Shown piece by piece: positions 30,388 through 38,629 of a stretch of DNA of 64,000 bases. The notes beneath the pieces are model-generated. The model was not told the DNA's origin. It did not search any database and was given only the letters and a program-made list of their open reading frames with translations. Both the position numbers and the translations under genes were made by a program. Source of the DNA: an archaeon (lineage in GTDB: Archaea; Iainarchaeota; Iainarchaeia; Iainarchaeales; Iainarchaeaceae). The first letter of the stretch is position 1. Each line of letters begins with the position of its first letter. The stretch lies in the NCBI GenBank assembly GCA_035289625.1, contig DATDWP010000028.1:9840-73839 (forward strand), read 5' to 3'.

Positions 30388-30801
30388 TCACACAACCCTT
30401 ACTTTTGCCTCTTTCACTCTTTTCCACTCCTTATCGCTCGTGACTGCCGTCGCATCGTTTTCGATAGCTGTTTGTAGTATTATGGCATCAGCCATTGAGA
30501 GATTGAGGTCTGTATGCCTGCTTTTCAAAAATGCCGCTTTCTTTGCTATTTTGAGGGTCGGCTCAATAAAACTCCCAATTTTCTCGAAAAATACCACTGA
30601 TTTTACGGCTGACCTTATATTCTTCCTCTTCAAGGTTGTTATAAGCTCAAAAGCCGAGAGCGTGCTTGCAAGGCAATTAATTTCCTTTTTGCTGCCCTTT
30701 TCAAGTAGGTAACCAACCTTTTTGCTGCCCTTTTCTGCGATAGCGAATTTTACCAGTGCGGAGCTGTCAAAAACCAAATCTTTTTTATCTTTTTTTCTCA
30801 T
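30388..30801 (-). CDS. vapC: PIN-domain toxin (VapC-like)
   Basis: LVFDSSALV N-terminal PIN motif; acidic residues spaced as in PIN; 137 aa; overlaps the upstream small gene. Confidence 0.7.
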   Translation of the reverse strand: MRKKDKKDLVFDSSALVKFAIAEKGSKKVGYLLEKGSKKEINCLASTLSAFELITTLKRKNIRSAVKSVVFFEKIGSFIEPTLKIAKKAAFLKSRHTDLNLSMADAIILQTAIENDATAVTSDKEWKRVKEAKVRVV

Positions 30802-31018
30802 CTTCTTGCCTCATTTTCTTGATATCTGAAGATTTTATGCCGGCCCCTTTTGCGATGCCGTAAAGCGCCGCTACAGGATCTTTTGGAACCGGTATCAAAA
30901 GTATCCCTTCAGGAACTTTTTCCACGACAAATTCCGTGCCAGAAAACCAATCCTCTTCTTCCCTAATTTGCGCCGGGAGTACCAACTGCCCCTTTGAAGA
31001 AAGTATTGTTCTATACAT
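30785..31018 (-). CDS. vapB: AbrB/SpoVT-type antitoxin (VapB-like)
   Basis: 77 aa; LSSKGQLVLPAQIRE swapped-hairpin motif; overlaps vapC start. Confidence 0.7.
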   Translation of the reverse strand: MYRTILSSKGQLVLPAQIREEEDWFSGTEFVVEKVPEGILLIPVPKDPVAALYGIAKGAGIKSSDIKKMRQEDEKKR

Positions 31019-31066
31019 TTTACATCACCATACACAGTTCTTACTTTTACCTATAAAAATCTTACC

Positions 31067-32158
31067 TCAAAACGGCCTATTATCCCTTCGCATCCTCATT
31101 TTCACAGACGCCCCCAATTTATCCATAATTTTATTGTACACAATATCGATTTCGTTGTTATTTAGCTTTGCATGAAAATCGGCTTCAATTAGAACCGAAG
31201 GGTATGCGTACTCGCGATGCAAAGAGCTAAGGGCCGTTGCAACACTTGCAATCTCATCTGCTTTTTCAAAAAGCTCTGATTTATTATGGCAAATAAATTC
31301 GACACGAAGCGGCCTATCAAGAGCCGAGGGCTTTACATACAGCCCATAAATGCCCTCTGCCCATTGTGGATTAAAATCAACTAGCACGGGATGCTGTCGG
31401 ATATTTTTTGTATAAGTAAAAGCGCAACTGCGCTCGCCAACTTGCAGGAAATATTCCAAAAGAGAAGAATCAAAAATCCCATCAAGCTCTTCTTTTCTAA
31501 CACTGCCCATCTTTTCTACTACATTGTCTTGCAAAATCGACCGGAAGCGCGAACCTCTACTATCCTCAACAGTTGCAATAAGGGTAGTGTTGTGCTTTTG
31601 CGCCAAAGCATAGAGAGATTCAAACTCACTTATAATCCCGTGATAATTATCGGTTAGTTCGGATTCTTTTCTTGGCTTGTCCTGGTATTGTGGAACAATG
31701 CTCCCGTCAATAAAAAGATATTTCGGAGAGTACTCTTCAATTATTTTTTTTGAAACGCCAACTTCCTCTTTTAACCTCATAAGGCTCTTGCTCTGCTCGG
31801 CTTCATCATCCTCAAGTGATGCTCCTGCAAGATGGGGCTGCGGGAAATTAAAATAACCCGGATGGTATTTTGCGAGGACCACTTTCCCATCAGAATATTC
31901 AAACAAAACCCCCATTGCTCTAATCAGCACAAGATCAATTGTAGCAAGCCGCTTTGCAACAAAACCCGAATCAACCCCTGCAACAAGCCCATTTGGGATC
32001 CACTTTGAAATTGGAAATACAAGCTTTTTTTCAGCAAGTTCTGAAGAGGAAAAATCTAAATATTTTAGCGGCAAGAGGCGCTGCACCACAAATTTTCTGC
32101 GATTCTCCCCATTTGCTATGACATCAACAGTGTGGTCAATTATTGAAGAGATATTCAT
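31067..32158 (-). CDS. nurA: NurA-like nuclease
   Basis: N-terminal LVAGVDSGF motif resembling the NurA catalytic Asp motif; 363 aa; herA on the same strand. Confidence 0.6.
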   Translation of the reverse strand: MNISSIIDHTVDVIANGENRRKFVVQRLLPLKYLDFSSSELAEKKLVFPISKWIPNGLVAGVDSGFVAKRLATIDLVLIRAMGVLFEYSDGKVVLAKYHPGYFNFPQPHLAGASLEDDEAEQSKSLMRLKEEVGVSKKIIEEYSPKYLFIDGSIVPQYQDKPRKESELTDNYHGIISEFESLYALAQKHNTTLIATVEDSRGSRFRSILQDNVVEKMGSVRKEELDGIFDSSLLEYFLQVGERSCAFTYTKNIRQHPVLVDFNPQWAEGIYGLYVKPSALDRPLRVEFICHNKSELFEKADEIASVATALSSLHREYAYPSVLIEADFHAKLNNNEIDIVYNKIMDKLGASVKMRMRRDNRPF

Positions 32159-32254
32159 AATAACATCAATTCTTCGGAGTTTTTAAAACACCTATAGACC
32201 TCATTGCCGGTGCGGGCTCCAAAAACCATTAAATCAACCCAGTACCCAAAATAT

Positions 32255-32752
32255 AATATGGACAAAATGAAGAGCTACAAAGTTCATCCAAGTGTTCGCA
32301 TTGGCCACATACACCTAACTGTTTCAGATTTGGAAAATTCACTCAAATTCTACAGGGACATTTTAGGATTTGAAATAATGCAAAGATTCGATAGCGCTGC
32401 ATTTCTTTCAGCTGGAGGCTATCACCACCACATCGGCCTTAACACGTGGAATTCACCCGGCGCAAAAAAACCACAGGAAGGGCAAATTGGCCTCTACCAT
32501 TTTGCAATACTCTACCCAAATAGAAAAGAACTGGCAATTGCGCTCAAAAGATTGATAGAGGCAAATTACCCGCTAGAAGGAGCATCAGATCACGGAGTTT
32601 CAGAAGCAATTTACCTAAAAGATCCGGACGGCAATGGCATTGAACTCTATGCAGATAGGCCAAAATCCAAGTGGCCAAAGGAGAAGAAGGGGGAAATCAA
32701 AATGGCGACAATGCCACTTGATATTGAGGATCTACTAAAAGAGGCAAAATGA
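32255..32752 (+). CDS. VOC/glyoxalase-family protein (catechol 2,3-dioxygenase-like)
   Basis: IGHIHLTVSDLENSLKFYRDILGFEI and paired beta-alpha-beta-beta-beta modules with His/Glu ligands. Confidence 0.75.
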   Translation, partial: NMDKMKSYKVHPSVRIGHIHLTVSDLENSLKFYRDILGFEIMQRFDSAAFLSAGGYHHHIGLNTWNSPGAKKPQEGQIGLYHFAILYPNRKELAIALKRLIEANYPLEGASDHGVSEAIYLKDPDGNGIELYADRPKSKWPKEKKGEIKMATMPLDIEDLLKEAK

Positions 32753-32818
32753 GGAAAAATGGCTTAGTATATAGAAATAGTTAAGGTTTTTTAAACGGTT
32801 TTTAGTGGAAATAAGATC

Positions 32819-33538
32819 ATGTCAATATATCGATTCCTCGTGTATTCAGACGAGTCTATTCATGGAGTCAGACTTAGAAAATTAGTAAAGAAAGTAGCCG
32901 ATGAACTTACGCCGCCTATATTAGGAGAAACTCAGAATTTGGACGACGAACACGAAGTTGAAGTTCTATGCAGCGTTCAGGATAAAGCTCATCTTGCGAC
33001 CTTTGTTGCCATTATTATAAAATCAGCAAAAGAAATTGCAGATGTTGATGTGAAAATTGCACAGCCTTTAGAGGTAAATGATTTACATAAATATAAAAAT
33101 TTCAAAGATTTTAAGGTAATTCGTGGAGATGCTTTGAAAGAAATTGAATTGGAAATAGAAGGTGCTGAAAGGTTATTTAGAAAATTACAGGAAAATTTCG
33201 AAAAGTTTATTTTGAAAAGAGAAAATAATAAGTTGAAGGGGCTAGATTATCTATTGAAAACGATAGCCGGAAATTTAAAACCAGACGAACCGAAAGCCAA
33301 ATGGCATACCGCCAGAACTGCAATATCGGATTTTGTCGCTGAACCATTCGATGATGATTTGTTTCAATCGGTACAAGAAATAGACCAATTGTTGTATGAA
33401 TTAGCTGATTTTGAAGGCCAAGATATCAGTAAATTGCCAAAAGAACAAGTTGAAAAATTATTGCGACTAATAGACATTTCCCGTAAGAAAATCGCTGATT
33501 TGCACCGGCAGGAAGGTTCAAATATTATTATTAAGTAG
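32819..33538 (+). CDS. hypothetical protein, candidate toxin/effector partner of the Panacea-domain protein
   Basis: No motif; sits 39 nt upstream of the DUF4065 gene in an AT-rich island. Confidence 0.35.
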   Translation: MSIYRFLVYSDESIHGVRLRKLVKKVADELTPPILGETQNLDDEHEVEVLCSVQDKAHLATFVAIIIKSAKEIADVDVKIAQPLEVNDLHKYKNFKDFKVIRGDALKEIELEIEGAERLFRKLQENFEKFILKRENNKLKGLDYLLKTIAGNLKPDEPKAKWHTARTAISDFVAEPFDDDLFQSVQEIDQLLYELADFEGQDISKLPKEQVEKLLRLIDISRKKIADLHRQEGSNIIIK

Positions 33539-33576
33539 TTAATATAGAGTTCTAGAAGGTTGGTCGGTATTTTGGT

Positions 33577-34035
33577 ATGTCGGAAAATGTTACAGTTAAG
33601 GCAATTGATGCGTACGAATATATTTTTGGAAAATTAAGTTTAGGTAGTTTTAGCAGCCGCTTGATGTTCCAAAAAACAATTTATTTACTAAAATTATTTG
33701 GCGTTCCTAGTTTCCAAGATTTGTCTTATACTTGGTATAAAAGAGGCCCTTATTGTTTCGAGTTAGGCGGGATTTACAGTAAAAAATACCAAGAGAAATA
33801 CTATTTAGATGAAAAGGATGTTGAGTCTATCAAGAATTGTAAAAAAATAATTTTAGAGTTAATATCTGATGAAAAATACGGGGAACTAAATTCTTCAATA
33901 GCATATTTACTTCATGATGAAAAACTTTCTGATGAAGATATCATCAAACGAATGTTCTTAACAAAACCGTGGTTTGAAAAAGCAAACGTAGAATCTGCAT
34001 TGGTAAAATTAAAGCAACTTTTACGCCCTAATTAA
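33577..34035 (+). CDS. Panacea-domain (DUF4065, GepA/SocA-like) protein
   Basis: FQKTIYLLKLFGVPSFQDLSYTWYKRGPYCFEL matches the LQKLLY...G...F.AW..GP core of Panacea domains. Confidence 0.55.
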   Translation: MSENVTVKAIDAYEYIFGKLSLGSFSSRLMFQKTIYLLKLFGVPSFQDLSYTWYKRGPYCFELGGIYSKKYQEKYYLDEKDVESIKNCKKIILELISDEKYGELNSSIAYLLHDEKLSDEDIIKRMFLTKPWFEKANVESALVKLKQLLRPN

Positions 34036-34511
34036 ATTTACAATCTACCCTAATTCATTCAGTTCATGCATAATAACCACAATACGATAATAGAGAATTT
34101 TGAACAAGCATTCATTGATTTGTGCTGCTTTAGTTTTGCCTTTTAGCATACTGAAACTGAGTAGTAGCAGCCTAGACAAAAAAAGAAGCCTTACAACTAG
34201 GACAATGGCACTTGTTTTCCCTTTCTTGAGGGAACTTTACTCTCACGAACGTCTTGGTGATTACAATACGGACAAATCATTTCAATTCTTCCCAATCAAA
34301 TTCACATTCCATTCTATCACTAGTTATTATGTAACTGCAGAGTTTGCAACGCCACTCCACTAGATGAACGGACCCATCCCCCATATACTGAATTAGCTTT
34401 CTAACAGTTTTGAACTTCCCACCACAAGCACAGTAAAACTTTCAACCACTTATTTTAGGCACCTAATAAATATAAGCAAAGATTTAAATAATATAGGTAC
34501 CTAACAACATC

Positions 34512-34673
34512 ATGCGCCTACAAAAACAAATGTCAAGACGAGTAGGGGATGTGGAATATGCAAAATGGGTCGTAGTAATACCCCCAGAAATAGTTGAAAA
34601 AAGCAAATTAAAAGAAGGCCAAGAATTAGAAGCACACGTAGCCGAAGGAAAAATAACTCTAAAACCAAAATAA
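34512..34673 (+). CDS. 53-aa AbrB/SpoVT-like small regulator (not in the ORF track)
   Basis: Hand translation MRLQKQMSRRVGDVEYAKWVVVIPPEIVEKSKLKEGQELEAHVAEGKITLKPK; swapped-hairpin-like V.IP.EI...L.EG.E; palindromes sit directly upstream. Confidence 0.45.
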   Translation: MRLQKQMSRRVGDVEYAKWVVVIPPEIVEKSKLKEGQELEAHVAEGKITLKPK

Positions 34674-35624
34674 CTATTTTAGAGATTTTTTCAAACTATC
34701 AAAACTTTTCTTAAAATTAGCCACAATCTTTTTTGTTTTTGGAAACGATAAGTTCCCGTCATTTTCTAATTTTACTAGATATTTTTTAAATTCATTTTCC
34801 TCTTCAACACTTCTATTTGTTTTACTAACCAATTTTAAAAAAGCGTCATTGGTTTTTGGCACATATAAGATTTGCACCCCTTCACCTACATAATTGTCAA
34901 TTTTTGATTCCTCAATATAATTTATTATAAAACAACCTAATTTTGCCATTTCTTCCATGGTAATTTCATCACTCCACATCGCCTTTAGAAAAGTCTGTGC
35001 ATATGGCGAACCACTACCTATTGCCAAAAAAGTTTTTCTTTTACTATCTAAACAATCAGCAATCTCTAATTTATGTAACTCAGCCTCGCGCCCTGAACGA
35101 AAAGCAATTAAAAGTTGCAATCCATTTGGATATTTTTCCATTATATCTTTGTATTGATTTTTCATTTGAAATAAAATCCCTTCACAATCTTCAACAAACT
35201 GATTTGCATAAGCATATGGACTAATTATCGCATCCAACTCTTCTTGAGTTATTTTTGGATTCTGCTCCTGCATTTGTTTTTTTATTTGTTTTTTCCTTTC
35301 TTCTAAGTTAATGAAAACACGAGCTAAAAATTTATCAAATAATTCAGAAATTCCAGCCCCGCTGAACCCTACGCCCAAAGCATCTACCAAGTAAATTTTA
35401 GGATGTGAAGCAATATCTACACCCTCAACTACTTTTTTGTCGGAAATTATTACTACTCCGTCTTTACAATTTGCCCCTATTACTAATGTCATTTTTTCGC
35501 CATTTTGAGGTTTGTTTTTTAACATTTTCGGCACTTTCTGATAAGTAAGCAAAAACGAAACTATAAATTGTCTTTGATTGCTTATCGGTGTTGACACACC
35601 AAAAAAGTACCTAATTTTAGGCAC
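34674..35624 (-). CDS. HslV/proteasome-beta-like Ntn-hydrolase with an internal insertion and C-terminal extension
   Basis: MTLVIGANCKDGVVIISDKKV...LGVGFSGAGIS and AIGSGSPYAQ match HslV/20S beta motifs (Thr1, Lys33-like, GSG); true start probably internal (MTLVIG near 35492). Confidence 0.55.
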   Translation of the reverse strand: MPKIRYFFGVSTPISNQRQFIVSFLLTYQKVPKMLKNKPQNGEKMTLVIGANCKDGVVIISDKKVVEGVDIASHPKIYLVDALGVGFSGAGISELFDKFLARVFINLEERKKQIKKQMQEQNPKITQEELDAIISPYAYANQFVEDCEGILFQMKNQYKDIMEKYPNGLQLLIAFRSGREAELHKLEIADCLDSKRKTFLAIGSGSPYAQTFLKAMWSDEITMEEMAKLGCFIINYIEESKIDNYVGEGVQILYVPKTNDAFLKLVSKTNRSVEEENEFKKYLVKLENDGNLSFPKTKKIVANFKKSFDSLKKSLK

Positions 35625-35643
35625 CTAAAAGAATAAAAGGGAG

Positions 35644-35922
35644 ATGGTAATGGATTTAGAAGAAGTTAGAAATTTTTTACTCGAAGTAAATAGTTTCTTG
35701 GCTATATTTATATTAACAAAAGACACCGTACCCATTCTTTCTAATAATTGGGAACAAAACATATTTCCTCTAATAACATATGCACTTATTTTAGGAGGAC
35801 TGTCATTTTTAATTGCAAAGTTTATTAAAAACACATTAGCCGGAGATAGAGTTTATGCTCAAGTTATAGCACATATTTTTTTGTTAATTCTATTTACTCA
35901 ATTGCTGACACCTAAATTATAA
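35644..35922 (+). CDS. small membrane protein, hypothetical
   Basis: Three hydrophobic helices. Confidence 0.3.
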   Translation: MVMDLEEVRNFLLEVNSFLAIFILTKDTVPILSNNWEQNIFPLITYALILGGLSFLIAKFIKNTLAGDRVYAQVIAHIFLLILFTQLLTPKL

Positions 35923-35959
35923 TTTGATTAACCACTAGTACAAGAAAATTTTTTTCCGA

Positions 35960-36391
35960 TTATTTTTCAACATATATTTCATCTTGGTTTGGTTTTTTGT
36001 GAATTTTTGCAAAAATAAAACCAATAGCATACGTTATCATTATTATTGATGCGATTAATCCTACCAAAATATTCTGCCATGACTCACCATGCGCCCAATA
36101 AGCATTTCTACCAGCTTTCAATGCAAAATAATACATTGGCCACGTCGCAATCACAATTAGGACATAAGTAATTACTGAGACCGTATTAAAATCGAGAAAA
36201 GCTAAGTAGGGGCTATTAATAAAATTACCCGATACAAAAGCTATTAGAACCCACAAACCCGCCCATAAATATTGTCCAAAAAAATAGATAAGGGCACGTT
36301 TAGTATAATTAAACTGTTTAAACAATTCCATGAGAGCCACATTATTCCAATAAATCCAGATTTTAGCCAATTTGGCTAAATTCTTTACCAT
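35960..36391 (-). CDS. polytopic membrane protein, hypothetical
   Basis: Hydrophobic helices; no motif. Confidence 0.35.
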   Translation of the reverse strand: MVKNLAKLAKIWIYWNNVALMELFKQFNYTKRALIYFFGQYLWAGLWVLIAFVSGNFINSPYLAFLDFNTVSVITYVLIVIATWPMYYFALKAGRNAYWAHGESWQNILVGLIASIIMITYAIGFIFAKIHKKPNQDEIYVEK

Positions 36392-36682
36392 TAAAGAGGC
36401 TTAAAATTATTAAGCTTAGTTATATGCAAATAGGCAAACATAAACCGCTTTTCAGGCTTAAAATAACCGGAGTTAAAACAAATAAATCCAAAAACCTCGA
36501 TCAATTCTACAGCGAACTCGTAGACCTATTAAGAGCTAAAGAATAACCAATTCCGACTTTTTACACAAAACCGACTTATTACACAGCGCTACATAAAAAA
36601 GCGTTGTGTAAATAAGGTTCAAAATTGACGACTTTCTACACAAAAAGCAGACTTTTTACACAGATTACTCCATGATTATTCT

Positions 36683-37435
36683 ATGGGTTTTTACCGAGAC
36701 TTCACGGGAGGATCTTTAGACCCTCCTTCTTCTGGTAGAAGATCTCCAAGAAGAGATGATTGGCACAGACATGACAATTATAGGCCAAGAAGGAAAAATT
36801 ACTTTGAAATGTTGAAGGTTCCTGTAATTTTACTTATTGTTCTGGGTGTATTCTTTTACTTAGCTAATAATGGAGATGCAACATACAACGAAACAATCCC
36901 AAAAATTAATAATGATTTTAATAAAATGGTGCAGGATTTTTTCAAAAATACATTTCCGCCTTCGGAACCTATTGCCGATAAAACCAAAGAGGTTGAGAGA
37001 TTAATATTTTATTACACAAACCAAGAAAGACAAAAGTATGGTGTTTCGTTACTGAGTTGGAATGACAGTTTAGCAGATATTGCACGCGAACATAGTCTTG
37101 ACATGGCCACCAATAATTTCTTTGAACATGATAATCCGAGAGGTGAAGATCCAACTGCAAGAGCGCGTAGACACGGATTTCCAGTTGAAGTGCAATTAAG
37201 TAAAAATGTAACTCAAGTTGGAATAGCTGAAAATATTGGCATGATGCCAACAGGAAACGTACAAGGAATTGGTAGAGTGGGTTCAGATGCCGACAGTGTA
37301 GCTTATGCACATGTCAAATCATGGATGGAAAGTCCTGGCCACAGAACTAATATACTTGACCCAAGCTCTCATATAATAGGAGTTGGAGTTGCCTATTCGG
37401 ATGGGTATTATTATGCAACTCAAGATTTCCAATAG
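36683..37435 (+). CDS. CAP/SCP/PR-1 domain secreted protein
   Basis: TM/signal then GHRTNILDPSSHIIGVGVA and HYTNQ motifs of CAP domains. Confidence 0.6.
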   Translation: MGFYRDFTGGSLDPPSSGRRSPRRDDWHRHDNYRPRRKNYFEMLKVPVILLIVLGVFFYLANNGDATYNETIPKINNDFNKMVQDFFKNTFPPSEPIADKTKEVERLIFYYTNQERQKYGVSLLSWNDSLADIAREHSLDMATNNFFEHDNPRGEDPTARARRHGFPVEVQLSKNVTQVGIAENIGMMPTGNVQGIGRVGSDADSVAYAHVKSWMESPGHRTNILDPSSHIIGVGVAYSDGYYYATQDFQ

Positions 37436-37526
37436 CACAGAAAAAGATTACTTTTTACACAAAACCTACTTATTACACAACGCTACATAAAAAGGAAAAT
37501 ATTTATACTCGCGTGCACTTACTCAT

Positions 37527-37889
37527 TTGATGAAATCACTTTTCGAAGTAAAAACCATAGAAAGCGACTGGAAACCGCCTTTTAAGAAAAACACTTACAC
37601 AAACGAATTTGCAGCTGACCAGGGAGAGGCATTTGATAGAATCACCGGAAACGGCAATGACGAACCCATATTTGAAATACTTGAAAGTGCGGGCGATAGG
37701 GTAAAGGTTCGCTACAGCAGGCTTTTTACAATAAAAGAACCAGACGAGAGATGCGGCAAAGACAAAACAGTCTGGCTCATCCGCGGAATGGAACAGCCCC
37801 TTAGCTATTTATGGGGAGAAAAAGGAGTTACAAAAAAAATAACATTCAAAGGAATAGTAACCCCGGAACCTAGCACGCAGGGCGAATAA
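37527..37889 (+). CDS. hypothetical protein
   Basis: ORF only. Confidence 0.3.
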   Translation: MMKSLFEVKTIESDWKPPFKKNTYTNEFAADQGEAFDRITGNGNDEPIFEILESAGDRVKVRYSRLFTIKEPDERCGKDKTVWLIRGMEQPLSYLWGEKGVTKKITFKGIVTPEPSTQGE

Positions 37890-37921
37890 CAATTTAATTC
37901 ATTGCAAGCCCTCTCATTTTT

Positions 37922-38629
37922 ATGACACAAAAGCTCTACTTGCAAGACGCATACCTAAAAGAGTGCGAAGCCATCGTTACAAAAGCTGACGGAAAATTTG
38001 TAGTACTTGATAGGACTATTTTTTATGCCCAAAGCGGCGGGCAGCCAACCGATACTGGCAAGATCACTTCCCAAAACGGCAAAGAGTACAAGGTAGTATT
38101 TGCAAAAAATATTGGAGAAGATGTTTCACACGAAGTTGATTCTGAAGGCTTAAAGGCAGGGGAGAGTGTGAAGTGCTCTCTTGACTGGCAGAGAAGATAC
38201 ACACACATGAAAATGCACACTTCAGCTCATCTCTTAGCAGCATGCATTATGAAAGAAACAGGAGCATTAATTACCGGAAACCAGCTTGATGAAAAACAAT
38301 CACGAATGGATTTTGATGTAGCTGATTTTGACAAGGAACTTTTGAAGAGCTTTGAACAAAAAGTAAACGAGGCAGTAGAACAAAATATGAAAATCGGCAT
38401 CTCTTTTATGAAAAGGGAAGATGCACTAGCAAACCCAACCCTATTTCGCCTCAAAAGCGTTCTGCCAAAAGACATTCCCATCTTGCGAATTGTTGCAATA
38501 GGCGAATTTGATATCCAAGCAGATGGAGGCACACATGTCGCTAGCACAAAAGAAATCGGAAAATTCAAAATAGTGGACTTCAAAAACAAGGGAGCGCAAA
38601 ACCGCAGGGTTTACTGGGAGCTGGAATAG
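37922..38629 (+). CDS. alaX: AlaX-type aminoacyl-tRNA editing deacylase
   Basis: HTSAHLL zinc-binding motif and C-terminal GGTHV motif. Confidence 0.8.
   Translation: MTQKLYLQDAYLKECEAIVTKADGKFVVLDRTIFYAQSGGQPTDTGKITSQNGKEYKVVFAKNIGEDVSHEVDSEGLKAGESVKCSLDWQRRYTHMKMHTSAHLLAACIMKETGALITGNQLDEKQSRMDFDVADFDKELLKSFEQKVNEAVEQNMKIGISFMKREDALANPTLFRLKSVLPKDIPILRIVAIGEFDIQADGGTHVASTKEIGKFKIVDFKNKGAQNRRVYWELE

Noticed and set aside
34100-34363. 87-aa plus-strand ORF
   Set aside because: No motif; overlaps a more structured minus-strand zinc-ribbon frame and lies in inter-element DNA of the island
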